From Elsinoe ampelina (taxonomy: Eukaryota): 64,000 nucleotides of DNA. This document shows positions 46,501 through 56,855 of this stretch, one piece after another. The notes beneath the pieces are model-generated. The model was not told where the DNA came from and did no database searches. It was given only the letters and a program-made list of their open reading frames with translations. The stretch lies in NCBI GenBank assembly GCA_010093995.1, contig ML992509.1, positions 953,850-1,017,849 on the forward strand, written 5' to 3'. Both the position numbers and the translations under genes were made by a program. How positions within the stretch are numbered: the first letter of the stretch is position 1; each line of letters opens with the position of its first letter.

Positions 46501-47087
46501 CTCCAAACTTGTTGATGCAAGAGAGAAGCACGGAGTGATGATACAATCCTTATCTGCGACATCCTTAGCCGCCAGCGCTACGTCGCAGCGTGAGCTGATT
46601 GGTTGGTGGCTTCTTCACCGCGTCGTGACATTCGGAGCACAATCTTTCCTCGTCAAACATCAATCGAGCACCATCCCTAGAAACTTGGCCATCAGCATCA
46701 GCTCCGTACGACCTGTATGAAAGATACCAAGCCAGTGACGATAACAATCAGGAAGCGTGTCGGAATCGGGGGTGACTGCCTGGAGATGCAAAGAATCACC
46801 CTACTCTCCCTTGTCTCGCTCAACAGCTGTTTAGACCCTGGTGTATGCAGGCGGACGGCGCAGCATGAATTCAGATCACAATTAGGAGTGCTGCTGTCGA
46901 CTGGATAAGCGCTCATGCAAGTCACATCCGTGATGGAATTCACTGTCTCGTCCTCAGGTAAGCTCTCTTTAGCTGACATTGTCCCTTGCACGCTCTCTGT
47001 CACTTGATCTCTCCCTTCACTTCTGCAGCAAAGTCAATCTTTCGTCTGCTCCTGATACCGGGCAACATCACCGCGGAGGAGGGAGAA

Positions 47088-48488
47088 ATGAAGTTGCTCG
47101 TTCTGCTCGTGCTCGTTCTGCTACATGGGTTTACCTTGTCACAGCCGGTCGCTGGAGCGGTAGAGTTGACAGATACGACGGTGCTGGCGTCCGATGAACT
47201 CTCTGTCGGTGCGAGCGGACGTATCACAAAATGGGTCAGCGAACCAAACATTCGTGGCACATGGGACATCATCTGGACCTCACTCGTCACCATCTTCATC
47301 TGCACACACACCATCCTTTGTCTCAACGTACCATCTCCCGACGACACCTGGGTCGAGATCTTCCGGCGCCGGTTCTCATGGATGCTACTTGCAATCCTTG
47401 CCCCTGAGATAGTGCTCACATACGCTGCTGGACAATGGAGCAGAGCCAGGCAGTCCGTCGAGAGCTTCAAAACATCTGGTCACACCGCCTGGACAATGCG
47501 ACTCGCCTTCTTCGCCGATATGGGCGGATTCGTCCTCAATTCACCTGATTTCCGGCAATTCCCTCTCAATGCGAAGCAGCTTCACTGGCTCGTCATCAAT
47601 GGACATATTGCTTACCCTTCCGTCAAGTCAGACGAGCTCTGGGACAAGTCCAAACAGGACCGCCTTTTCCGAATCGTGACCTGCTTCCAAATCTCCTACC
47701 TCATCCTACAATGCATCGGCCGCTCCGCCCAAAAACTCGCCATCACAGCTCTCGAGCTCAACGCCCTCGGCATCGTCATCTGCTCCCTCATGACCTCCTT
47801 CGCCTGGCTCCACAAGCCCGCGGACGTACGCACTCCCATCCACATCCACACCTCCACCCCCATTACCTCCATCATCCGAGACAAAGAATGGCACACCACC
47901 CCTCTCGACTTCATCGACGAGAACGGGCCCGGCTTCTCCCTCAACGTCCTCCCTTTCGTCAACATGCCAAGCATCCCCCCAACCCGACCAATCCAACGCA
48001 TTCCCAACGATCGCTTCCCCATGAACCCCCACGGCTACCAAGAACACCTCCTCTGCCTCGCCACCCTGATCTTCGCCGGCATCCATCTCATCGGGTGGAA
48101 CTTTTCCTTCCCAACGCACACCGAGAAGGTTCTCTGGCGAGTGTCGAGCCTGCTGCTTTTCGGCGTGACGGCCCTGTTCTGGATCCTGGAGACGGCGGCG
48201 AGTTGGATCCGTCTGGGCAGGTGGAAGTGGCTGTACTACTGGCTCTTCAAGCCGAAGAAGCTGGGCCATTGGGAGAAGGACATGGAGGCCAGGTTGGCTA
48301 GGGCGGAGGAGCATAGGGATCAGATGGAGTTTCCGATTGCGTGGGAATTCTGGGCTGTTTCCGCTGTGGCGTTGTTGTATTCTCTGAGCAGGTGCTATTT
48401 GCTTGCTGAGAGTCTGCTTGAGTTCAGAGAGATAGATGCCAAGGTGTACGTCAATGTTCAGTGGTCGGCGTTTGTGCCGCATATTTGA
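47088..48488 (+). CDS. Uncharacterised multi-pass membrane protein of a widespread fungal family, with signal peptide
   Basis: MKLLVLLVLVLLHG; RGTWDIIWTSLVTIFIC...LNVP, FFADMGGF, DKSKQD, ITALEL, WLHKPADV and WNFSFPTHTEKVLWR. Confidence 0.8.
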   Translation: MKLLVLLVLVLLHGFTLSQPVAGAVELTDTTVLASDELSVGASGRITKWVSEPNIRGTWDIIWTSLVTIFICTHTILCLNVPSPDDTWVEIFRRRFSWMLLAILAPEIVLTYAAGQWSRARQSVESFKTSGHTAWTMRLAFFADMGGFVLNSPDFRQFPLNAKQLHWLVINGHIAYPSVKSDELWDKSKQDRLFRIVTCFQISYLILQCIGRSAQKLAITALELNALGIVICSLMTSFAWLHKPADVRTPIHIHTSTPITSIIRDKEWHTTPLDFIDENGPGFSLNVLPFVNMPSIPPTRPIQRIPNDRFPMNPHGYQEHLLCLATLIFAGIHLIGWNFSFPTHTEKVLWRVSSLLLFGVTALFWILETAASWIRLGRWKWLYYWLFKPKKLGHWEKDMEARLARAEEHRDQMEFPIAWEFWAVSAVALLYSLSRCYLLAESLLEFREIDAKVYVNVQWSAFVPHI

Positions 48489-48583
48489 TACTCTACAATT
48501 CAAAACTGGTCTAGTCTGCCCCATAGTATATACAAGAAACCACTTCGTGTTGTGTCGAGCATGGAAGGCAGGGCACCTCTGGC

Positions 48584-51500
48584 TCAACCAAGCTGCTCCA
48601 GAGCGCCGACCACCTCATCGATCTCTGCATCTCCTTCACCGAGCTTTCCCATCGCCTTCCCAAGCCAAGTCAACCTCCTCCTCATCTCCTCGACCTCTAG
48701 CTCCCTGCTCTTGACTTTGGCTACCTCGATGATGCCCCCTGGCAAGCCGGCAAGTCTCGCCACATTCAAGCCATAGCTCCGATGTGCGGTCCCTTCTCCG
48801 ACTTCGTACAAGAATGTCACCTCCTTCTCGCCATGCTCGCCTTCAGCCTCGGTGAACTTCATGTGCACATTCCTCAGCTCGCCATCAGGCCATTGCTCTG
48901 CCATTCTGGCCAGAGCTTGGTAATGCGTGATGAACAAGGTCAAAGACTTGCATTCGCGAAGCATGTAGTCCAGCACAGCTTGAGCAATGGCGACACCATC
49001 GTGAGTACTTGTGCCACGTCCGAGCTCGTCAAGGATGACCAACGACCTGGGTGTGGCTTGCTTGAGGATGTCCGACGTCTCGTTGAGCTCGACCATGAAT
49101 GTTGATTCGCCTTTCAGCATGTTGTCGAAAGCGCCCATGCGAGTGAAGATGGCGTCGAGAAGGGATAGCCGAGCGGACGCAGCGGGGACAAAGCAACCGA
49201 TCTGAGCCATGATGCTGATGAGGGCGACCGAGCGGACGTATGAGGACTTGCCACCCATGTTCGGACCTGTGACGAGCAGCGCTCGAGTCGTTGACGCTGA
49301 AAGGGAGATGTCATTTGGGACATAGGTGTCGAGGAGGAGTTGCTCGACCATTGGGTGACGACCACCAGAGACTTCGATGGCTGTCTCGCCTGCCGTGAAC
49401 TCGGGCTTGGAGTACCCCGGCAGCGAAGACACTTCAGCGAGGGAAAGAAGACAGTCGAGAGTTGCCAGTGACTGGATGCAATCGCGGAAAGACTGATACC
49501 TAGTACCGATATCTGTCAGCAGGTCGCTAAAGGCTTCGTCACACGCGTTGGCGAGTGCTTCTTTGTGCTGATCTCGCTCGCGGATGAGCTTGACGATCTC
49601 GGGAGTGTGGAACCGGGATAGCTTCTTAGTACCACTGATCTTCGCCCATGAAGCCGGAACATTCTTCAGCATTGTGTTATCCACCTCGATGAGAAATTCG
49701 ATGCCGGCACAAGTCACAAAGTCGACCTTCTTTCTTTTGAGGCGGTCCGCTATTGACTTCTTCTGTTCTTCCATGTCGTGCTCGATGCTCACAATGCCTA
49801 CTTTGTGATCGCAAATGGTCTCGGTCTCGTGCTCCTGCCGGAAGAAGTTGTACTTGTCGTCCTCCTTTGCTGCTCCGAGGTTGATCTTGTCCAAGAACGA
49901 AACAACGTCGTCCAGAATACAAGGAAGAGACGCGATCGACTGGCTAAGAAGGGGACTCTTGAAACCGCTCTCCTCTGGACTTGTCACTCGCGCATACTCA
50001 TTTGCGATCATCTGTAGAGTTTGCAAGACTGTCACCAACTCAGGCCGGGTGCACTTCTTGTAGTAGATCCTGATAAGGGACTTTTCGAGGTCGCCCTTGA
50101 TCTGTCGAAGAAGCCGACGGAGCTGATCGGTCGATGAAGAGCCTTCACTTTGCATGAGCTCTTCTACGGCTTCGATACGCTCAGTGAGACGAGTCTGGTC
50201 TAGGAGAGGTCGTCCAACCCACTTTCGCAATAACCTCTGACCAAATCTTGTCTGCGTCTTGTCTAGGGTCCAGAACAAGCTTCCTGCTGTTGTATAATCT
50301 GTCTGATTCTCGTATATCTCCAAGCTAGTAAGTGTGTTGCCATTCAAGAGCATGTGCGATCTCGCGCTGAAGGGCTGGAAGTATTTTGTCAGATCAAACA
50401 CATGCTCGAGACCATAGGCTGTAAGATGCTTGATCATGGCAGACAGGCAGATGGTGACCAGGTCACTAAGCTGATGCACTTTGTCCAGCAAAGCAGTTTT
50501 GTTGCTCTCGTCCTCACTTCCCTTCACCTTGTCGGCGTAGAAGGTCGAGATGTGGCTATACGATTGAGCAGCCATTGTCTTGGGCTTCTCCACCCTTTCT
50601 ATGCGGGCTTGCTCGGCCTTTTTGCCTGTACGAGATGCAGCTAGATGGGAGACCAGCTTCTCAGTCGCTTTCGAGATTGTGCCGACGATCAAGAATTCGC
50701 ACGGTGAAATGTGCAACAGCCTTGTCTCTAGCTCACTTCGCATGAAACCATCTTCGAAGTCGTCGTAAATGACATCTCCTGTCGTAGGTTGGACTGCAAC
50801 AAAACCGATCCTGACCTTTTCGTCTGTTCCCCACCCTTTGGCGTTCGTTTCGGTCATGCAGAGTAGATGTCCGCTTGAAGCCACAACTTCCGATGGCGCG
50901 CTTTCAGCGCCATCAAGACCCTCAGTGTCATCGATGTATGTGCCTTTGGTGTACAAGTTGGTGAGCTGACGTACGAAAGGAGCATTACGATTGTCTCCCA
51001 CAGCTTTGAGAGCGGCCGTCTCCAGCTGGCGAACCACGCCTACCTTGTGACCAGCTTGCACGAGACGTTTGACGTGGACATGTAGCCGGTGTGTCGGAAA
51101 GCTGGCAGACGCGAAGCGGTCGAGATGTGCCTCTGAAGAGTGCTCGTCGTAACGGAATTTGCCAGGGATGCAGACAATTTGCAGCTCGCGCGCCGCGATT
51201 CTCGCATCCTCGCCGAAGAAGCGGTACTTGTAGCCAACCTCTACCACAAGCATCGTGTCCATGTTCTTCCGTTTGATGTCCAGTATCTGCTTCTCCATTG
51301 GAGTCAACTTCGCAGCACCCTTCTTCGCTGCTGCCTTCTTGCTCTTGGATGGCTTGGTCGTCTCCTGGTCTTCCTCCTCCAATGCTTCCTCACCGTCCAG
51401 CTCCTCGGTCTCTTCTGTGATGTAGTGATTTCGCCGCTTGATTTCCGCAATGCTGTCAGGCCTGCCGAGCTTCTTCACGAATTTCTGATGCAGCCTTTCC

Positions 51501-52018
51501 TTCTGCCTTCTTACTCTTTCGTCTTCCTGTACATCCACCATCTGCTCGTCGAAGTCTTGAGAGAAGACATACCTCGAGGTCCGTTCGCTGGGTTTTGCTG
51601 GGACTGAAGGGTCGCTGGACTGTCTGAGTATTCGTGGCGGTGAGCGTCTCGTCGGCGACGCTGGAGTCTGATTCTGGCCATCTAGGTGTCCATTGCTTTC
51701 AGGCGTCTCATTCTCCTCGTCTTCCGAGACCCTTCTCGACCTCTTCTTGGGCTGTCGCTCCTCAGAGTCGTCGGTGATCTTGCTAATGGCCCTCTTCAAT
51801 CGCCGGGTCGGTAGCTCCTCATCTTCATCCTCGGCAGTGTCGTTCTGAGACACGAATAAACCTTTCCCCTGTCCAAATCCATTCTGTGAAGAAGTTCCAG
51901 ATTTTGGCTTCTGCGACAGCACACTCCCAGCAGCAGGCTTCGGGGTGAAGAAACTAGATATGGACTGTTGCTTCTTGCTTGTCTGCGACATCTGAGAAGA
52001 CAGTGTCGGAGGCGCCAT
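48584..52018 (-). CDS. MSH3: DNA mismatch repair protein MutS homolog 3
   Basis: N-terminal PIP box [15 protein letters not shown]...[14 protein letters not shown] (Msh3-type domain I); [24 protein letters not shown]. Confidence 0.96.
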   Translation of the reverse strand: MAPPTLSSQMSQTSKKQQSISSFFTPKPAAGSVLSQKPKSGTSSQNGFGQGKGLFVSQNDTAEDEDEELPTRRLKRAISKITDDSEERQPKKRSRRVSEDEENETPESNGHLDGQNQTPASPTRRSPPRILRQSSDPSVPAKPSERTSRYVFSQDFDEQMVDVQEDERVRRQKERLHQKFVKKLGRPDSIAEIKRRNHYITEETEELDGEEALEEEDQETTKPSKSKKAAAKKGAAKLTPMEKQILDIKRKNMDTMLVVEVGYKYRFFGEDARIAARELQIVCIPGKFRYDEHSSEAHLDRFASASFPTHRLHVHVKRLVQAGHKVGVVRQLETAALKAVGDNRNAPFVRQLTNLYTKGTYIDDTEGLDGAESAPSEVVASSGHLLCMTETNAKGWGTDEKVRIGFVAVQPTTGDVIYDDFEDGFMRSELETRLLHISPCEFLIVGTISKATEKLVSHLAASRTGKKAEQARIERVEKPKTMAAQSYSHISTFYADKVKGSEDESNKTALLDKVHQLSDLVTICLSAMIKHLTAYGLEHVFDLTKYFQPFSARSHMLLNGNTLTSLEIYENQTDYTTAGSLFWTLDKTQTRFGQRLLRKWVGRPLLDQTRLTERIEAVEELMQSEGSSSTDQLRRLLRQIKGDLEKSLIRIYYKKCTRPELVTVLQTLQMIANEYARVTSPEESGFKSPLLSQSIASLPCILDDVVSFLDKINLGAAKEDDKYNFFRQEHETETICDHKVGIVSIEHDMEEQKKSIADRLKRKKVDFVTCAGIEFLIEVDNTMLKNVPASWAKISGTKKLSRFHTPEIVKLIRERDQHKEALANACDEAFSDLLTDIGTRYQSFRDCIQSLATLDCLLSLAEVSSLPGYSKPEFTAGETAIEVSGGRHPMVEQLLLDTYVPNDISLSASTTRALLVTGPNMGGKSSYVRSVALISIMAQIGCFVPAASARLSLLDAIFTRMGAFDNMLKGESTFMVELNETSDILKQATPRSLVILDELGRGTSTHDGVAIAQAVLDYMLRECKSLTLFITHYQALARMAEQWPDGELRNVHMKFTEAEGEHGEKEVTFLYEVGEGTAHRSYGLNVARLAGLPGGIIEVAKVKSRELEVEEMRRRLTWLGKAMGKLGEGDAEIDEVVGALEQLG

Positions 52019-52460
52019 TACAGCTCATCACGAGCAGTGATCAACTTTTTGCTGGTGACAGCGCAAAACAGCTCGGTGAGGAATACTGAGACGCGAAGCT
52101 CGACATGACGCGCGAATCACGTGTCAAAGTGCAGGTCTTGGCACAGCTATCTACCCTTTCTCCATTGCCTGCATTTCGCAAGCCATTCAGACGATTGTTA
52201 TTTGTTCATCTTTAGATTCTGATCATTCACCCTATATTCGTCCATGAACACTGTCAGAACGATCTTCAAGGCGATAGGGTGTGTGCTTGGCACCGCGTCC
52301 GACACGCTCGGAGCCGCAGCGTCACGAAATCCATTTCGAGCTGGTCCAAGCGTCCACTCAACGCGTTGTCGCGTCCCCCCGCCGAACCTCTCTTGACATT
52401 TCGAGCTGCACTTCGTCTTCAACCACATTCAATCCACCATAATATTCCATACACATCATT
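52019..52460. promoter_or_regulatory. Bidirectional MSH3/CDC6 promoter with MCB/SCB-like G1/S elements
   Basis: ACGCGA 52091, ACGCGCGAA 52108, CACGTG 52118, CGCGT 52294, CACGAAA 52323, ACGCGT 52361 and TCGCGT 52369, all within the 442 bp between two divergent S-phase genes. Confidence 0.7.
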
Positions 52461-54431
52461 ATGGCTACCGTGCTTGGGAAGCGCACAAGAAGCGCCACAG
52501 GCAGTACGAGTGATCGACATACACCGAACTCTACATTACTGACATATGCAGCGTCACCTGCTACGCGTTCGAAGCGGCTAGCTAGCAGCATACAAGTCCA
52601 CAAAGATGACCTCGAGTCGCCCATAGTCATTGACACACCATCTTCTGCCACGAAGGCTGCTTCGAAGAGTCTTCAATCCCTCGAGTTGTCCACTCCCTCC
52701 AGACCACGAACTACGAGGCCTGCAAAGCACGGGAAGACTGCACTTTCGACGAACGGCATCGATGCGCACTTTGGCGTCAGCAAATCATTCGCTGTACCTT
52801 TAGCGAAGCAGAAGAAATTAGACACCCCGCCAGTGACACCGAGACATCGTGATGCGACGATCAAGGACCCGATCACTCCACAGAACAAGGTGTTGGTCCC
52901 AGGATCGGTCTTGACCCCACGGACTCCAGCGACGCCTTCCACAATCACCAGGGTAAGCCCCTACGCGCAGGCGCGGCAGCTCTTTACAGGCTGCAGTGAA
53001 CGTGGGCTTCTTGTCGGAAGAGAGAACGAGCGGAGACAGGTTACTGCTTTCATATCTGCCAGGATAGAAACATCAATAGGCGGCTGCCTGTATGTGTCTG
53101 GACCTCCTGGTACTGGCAAAAGCGCATTCATCAACGACATCATATCAGATGCGGAGATACAAGCAAAGACCACCAGCGCAACGATCAATTGTATGAGCAT
53201 CAAATCTGCCGCAGATTTGATGAAGAACCTTGCAGTCGAATTCAACCTGGCCTCGTCAACAAAGCGCAAGCTTGATTCGGACTTACTAAAGAAGCACTTC
53301 ACGACAAAGGCAGGCTCGGGACAATTGACTCTTCTGATGCTGGATGAGGTGGATCAGCTGGTAGATCTGGATCTCAACCTTTTATACTCTCTATTCGAAT
53401 GGTCGATGCAACCCTCATCGAATCTCATCCTGATTGGTATCGCCAATGCGCTTGACCTTACGGACCGCCTCTTACCTCGTCTCAAATCCAGGAACATCAA
53501 ACCCACGCTCCTGCCTTTCATGCCATACACCGCCACACAGATCAACGACATCATCACAACAAAGCTCAAATCTTTGAACACGTCGGACGCAAATCCATCG
53601 ACAGTACCCTTCGTTCAAGCGGCAGCTATCCTTCTATGCTCTAAGAAAGTTGCTTCACAGACCGGAGATCTCCGTAAAGCGTTCGATATCATCAAGCGAG
53701 CTCTCACTCTTGCAGAGACAGAAGCCCGCGCAACACAATCGTCACAACAAATCTCGCCATCCAAGACACCGCTTTCGGAGAACATCAACCTTTCGTCACC
53801 ACCAATTACCACAGCTGTTCAAACAAAACTGACAGCTCTTTGTCACCTCACACCCGAGACTGCACCAAAGGCGACGATCGCCCATGTCGCCAAAGTTACC
53901 TCGCAGATCTTTTCCAATGGCATGTCATCGAGGCTGTCTACACTCAATATCCAACAAAAGGCAGTGCTCTGCACACTCGCAGCATTCGAGAAGAAAGCCA
54001 GATCCTCGCTCTCTGCAGCATTGTCATCCATGACTTCTTTCGTCCCATCTACCCCCTCCAAGTCTGGGAGAGGACAGAAGCTCGAAAGCCCGAGCACGAA
54101 ACAGCTCTACGACTCTTACACCGAGCTGTGTAAGCGCGAGAATCTTCTCCACGCTCTCAGCAGTGTCGAATTTCGAGACGTGCTTAGTGGTCTGGAAACA
54201 CTCAGCTTGATCGAGTTCGTGGAAGGCAACGGCAAGACCGGCACGCTCGGGCTGATGACACCTACCAAAACACCCAGTCGGCGAAGCAAGAAGAACGACT
54301 TTGGGCAGATGAGTCTGGGAAACGTGACTGGGGACGACAGGAGATTGACAGGTGTGGTCGGCTTCAAGGAGTTGAGTGACAGCCTCACGGGAGCTGGAAG
54401 CGAGATCCTTCGCGAGATCCTGGAGGGATAG
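52461..54431 (+). CDS. CDC6: Replication licensing AAA+ ATPase Cdc6/Cdc18 (probable in-frame intron 52504-52551)
   Basis: LVGRENE, Walker A YVSGPPGTGKS, INCMS, Walker B LDEVD, IGIANALDLTDR and GDLRKAFD. Many S/T-P CDK sites in the N-terminus. Confidence 0.95.
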   Translation: MATVLGKRTRSATGSTSDRHTPNSTLLTYAASPATRSKRLASSIQVHKDDLESPIVIDTPSSATKAASKSLQSLELSTPSRPRTTRPAKHGKTALSTNGIDAHFGVSKSFAVPLAKQKKLDTPPVTPRHRDATIKDPITPQNKVLVPGSVLTPRTPATPSTITRVSPYAQARQLFTGCSERGLLVGRENERRQVTAFISARIETSIGGCLYVSGPPGTGKSAFINDIISDAEIQAKTTSATINCMSIKSAADLMKNLAVEFNLASSTKRKLDSDLLKKHFTTKAGSGQLTLLMLDEVDQLVDLDLNLLYSLFEWSMQPSSNLILIGIANALDLTDRLLPRLKSRNIKPTLLPFMPYTATQINDIITTKLKSLNTSDANPSTVPFVQAAAILLCSKKVASQTGDLRKAFDIIKRALTLAETEARATQSSQQISPSKTPLSENINLSSPPITTAVQTKLTALCHLTPETAPKATIAHVAKVTSQIFSNGMSSRLSTLNIQQKAVLCTLAAFEKKARSSLSAALSSMTSFVPSTPSKSGRGQKLESPSTKQLYDSYTELCKRENLLHALSSVEFRDVLSGLETLSLIEFVEGNGKTGTLGLMTPTKTPSRRSKKNDFGQMSLGNVTGDDRRLTGVVGFKELSDSLTGAGSEILREILEG

Positions 54432-54524
54432 AATATTTCCATTCGTTGTAGATGTACATACACACCCATTCAAACCAGCATTCTCATCCTCATCATCGTT
54501 CCAGATGGCTCGGATCATGTCCTC

Positions 54525-56080
54525 CTAAAACTCATAATCCCCTAAATCATCCCACCCCTCCATCATTCCGGGAAACCTCAGATCGTCCTCCAGCGGCTCC
54601 AACCCCTCCCTCTTCAACCTCTCACTGACCCTGTCCGCCTCCCCCCACACCCTCAACACATTCCTCCCCACCACCTTCCCAGCATCCTCCTCACTCACGC
54701 CCCTCCGCAAAAGCTCCGCCACCAAATCAGGCAACTTCTCCACCCCCTCCAACCCCCTCGGCGTATTCGGTATCCCATCAAAATCCGTCCCCAGTCCAAC
54801 GTAATCATACCCGACCAACTGCCCAACATACACGACATGGTCCGCCACGTGCGCGAGGGTATTCGTCTCCTCGACAAAATCAGGCAGACCGGAAGCCTTA
54901 TCCCCGGCACGGCAAGAGATAAAGTCCGGCGCGAAATTAATCATCACCACGCCCTTCCTGCGGGCGACCAAGCGCAGCACATCATCCGGGACGTTGCGCG
55001 GGTGGGGACACAGAGCGTACACGGACGAGTGGGAGAAGATCGGCGGGGCGAGGGAACCCTCCCACTCGGGCGGGGAGGAGGTGTCGTGGTGGCCGTGGAG
55101 CACGTCACGCATGGTGTCCGGCGAGACGTGGGCGAGGTCAACGAGCATGCCGAGGCGGTTCATCTCGTGGATCAGCTTGCGGCCGGCGAGGGAGACGCCG
55201 TGGTGCAGCGGGGTGGAGACGACGGTTTCGCCTGCCGGGGTGGACACGAGGGCCGCGTCGGCGTACATGTTGTGGCAGTTCCAGGTGAGGGTGGCGTAGC
55301 GGACGCCCAGGGCGTGGTAGAGGCGGAGGGTGGCGGCTGAGTTGCCGATTTGGTGGAGACCTTCGATGGCGAGCGGGGAGATGAGGCGGGAGGTGGCGAA
55401 GTGGTGGGCTGCGATGGTGGCGTTGGGGGTGGGCGTGAAGTAGGTCGGGTAGAGGTCGCCGAGGCGGTTGTAGAGGTCGAGTTGTTCGAGGGTGGCGCGG
55501 ACGTAGGGGGCGTAGGCGGCCGGGGAGAAGTCGGTGCCGTTGCGTGGGCAGGGGACGAAGGCGGACCAGAAGGAGCCGCCGAGTTGGCCGGATTTGATGC
55601 GTGGGATGTCGAGGTGGCCCTCGAGACCGCCGTTCTCGAACTTTTGTCGGAAGGAGGTGGAGTTGTAGATGTGGTTGCCGTAGTAGGCTCGGAGGGAGAT
55701 GAGGAGATCGTCGTGGCCATCTGATGAGGCTTGAGCATCAGGTCGCATTGCACAATGAATTTGGTAAGGAGTTGCAGTTGCTCATATCGGGTGATTATAG
55801 ATGGAACGATAGACTAACCAATAAGAGGATGCTTGGACAAGACCCGGCGTGCTGCAGTCAAGTACTGGTCTCCCGTAACGCTTTGATGTACGGCAGCAGG
55901 GGAACCCAGCGTAAGCCATGACAAAACCAAGCCCAACCGCAAGATAATGACAGTCGCGATTAGCATGATGGCAACATACAGTGCTCTCCGAGGTCGCTCT
56001 CCCTCTTGTTGCCGGCGGAAGGTGGCGGGGATGTAGTCAGCGACCGGCCGCTGTAGCAGCGGTGCTTTTTCTTCACTCAT
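54525..56080 (-). CDS. Membrane dipeptidase (peptidase M19 family), type II membrane-anchored (intron 55721-55818)
   Basis: Exon 1 has a TM segment and ends HPLI; splicing gives LIDGHDDL. Also AIEGLHQI, TLTWNCHN, MLVDLAHVS, FSHS, RNVPDDVL and GLGTDFDG. Confidence 0.93.
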
Positions 56081-56855
56081 ACTCTACCCTCTTCTTGCAA
56101 TTATTCAATCAAATGCCGCTGACCAAAAGATAGAGACCTAACTCGCAAACAAGACATCGCCGTCAAGAGAGAGATAGCGACATCGTCTTGATGAGTCAGC
56201 AGTATTATGATTAATCTGCCATTTAACCGACGGCGTGAATGGCAACGACCAACATGGCAAGACGCTCCATACAAGTTCAAGTTGAAGTCAAATAAAGAAC
56301 ACTGAGGAGTACATATATTCCTTCGTTGCATCTGACATCTCGTTGCAGACCGGAATCATAGACAGAGCAGAGTATGATTGTACAATCTAATCTATAGATC
56401 GGCTGCCATTCCACCATACACTATTTCACACTATTCAACAGGCTTCAAAATCTCTAGGGCCATCTCTAACCCCCCGCCTCGTGGGTACTTCCGTCCCTGG
56501 GAGCGAGACGCTCTATCGTCAATCGTGTGTTAATACATTGTTGCTAGACCCTGTCCTGGAAGTGAAAACACCGCTTATACGTCGACCAAATGTATGTACA
56601 TGAATATTTCCTCTCGTTCTTGATATGCAAACCGTTTCTGTTCGTGTGTGCTTGTGATCCGGCAATCTCAGAACCGCTGATGGCTCGGATTGAAACAAAG
56701 ATGAGCCCGTTAGTAAAAGACCGCCAATGCAGGATCAAAAGCTTGTAGTCCTGCTTGAAACGCTCGATTGATTTTTGGTGGTGGCTTGCAGGGACGTTGG
56801 AATAGTCAAACCAGGATTTGCGAGACTGTGTCAGACTCGATGACCATTGGCGATA

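Noticed and set aside
12122..52018. Two MutS genes as a local duplication
   Set aside because: MSH4 and MSH3 are ancient, distinct eukaryotic paralogs about 34 kb apart, so co-occurrence is probably chance.
54525..56080. GliJ/SirJ-type dipeptidase implying an epipolythiodioxopiperazine cluster
   Set aside because: It has an N-terminal TM anchor, is flanked by CDC6 and a YTH gene, and has no NRPS, GST or thioredoxin reductase nearby.
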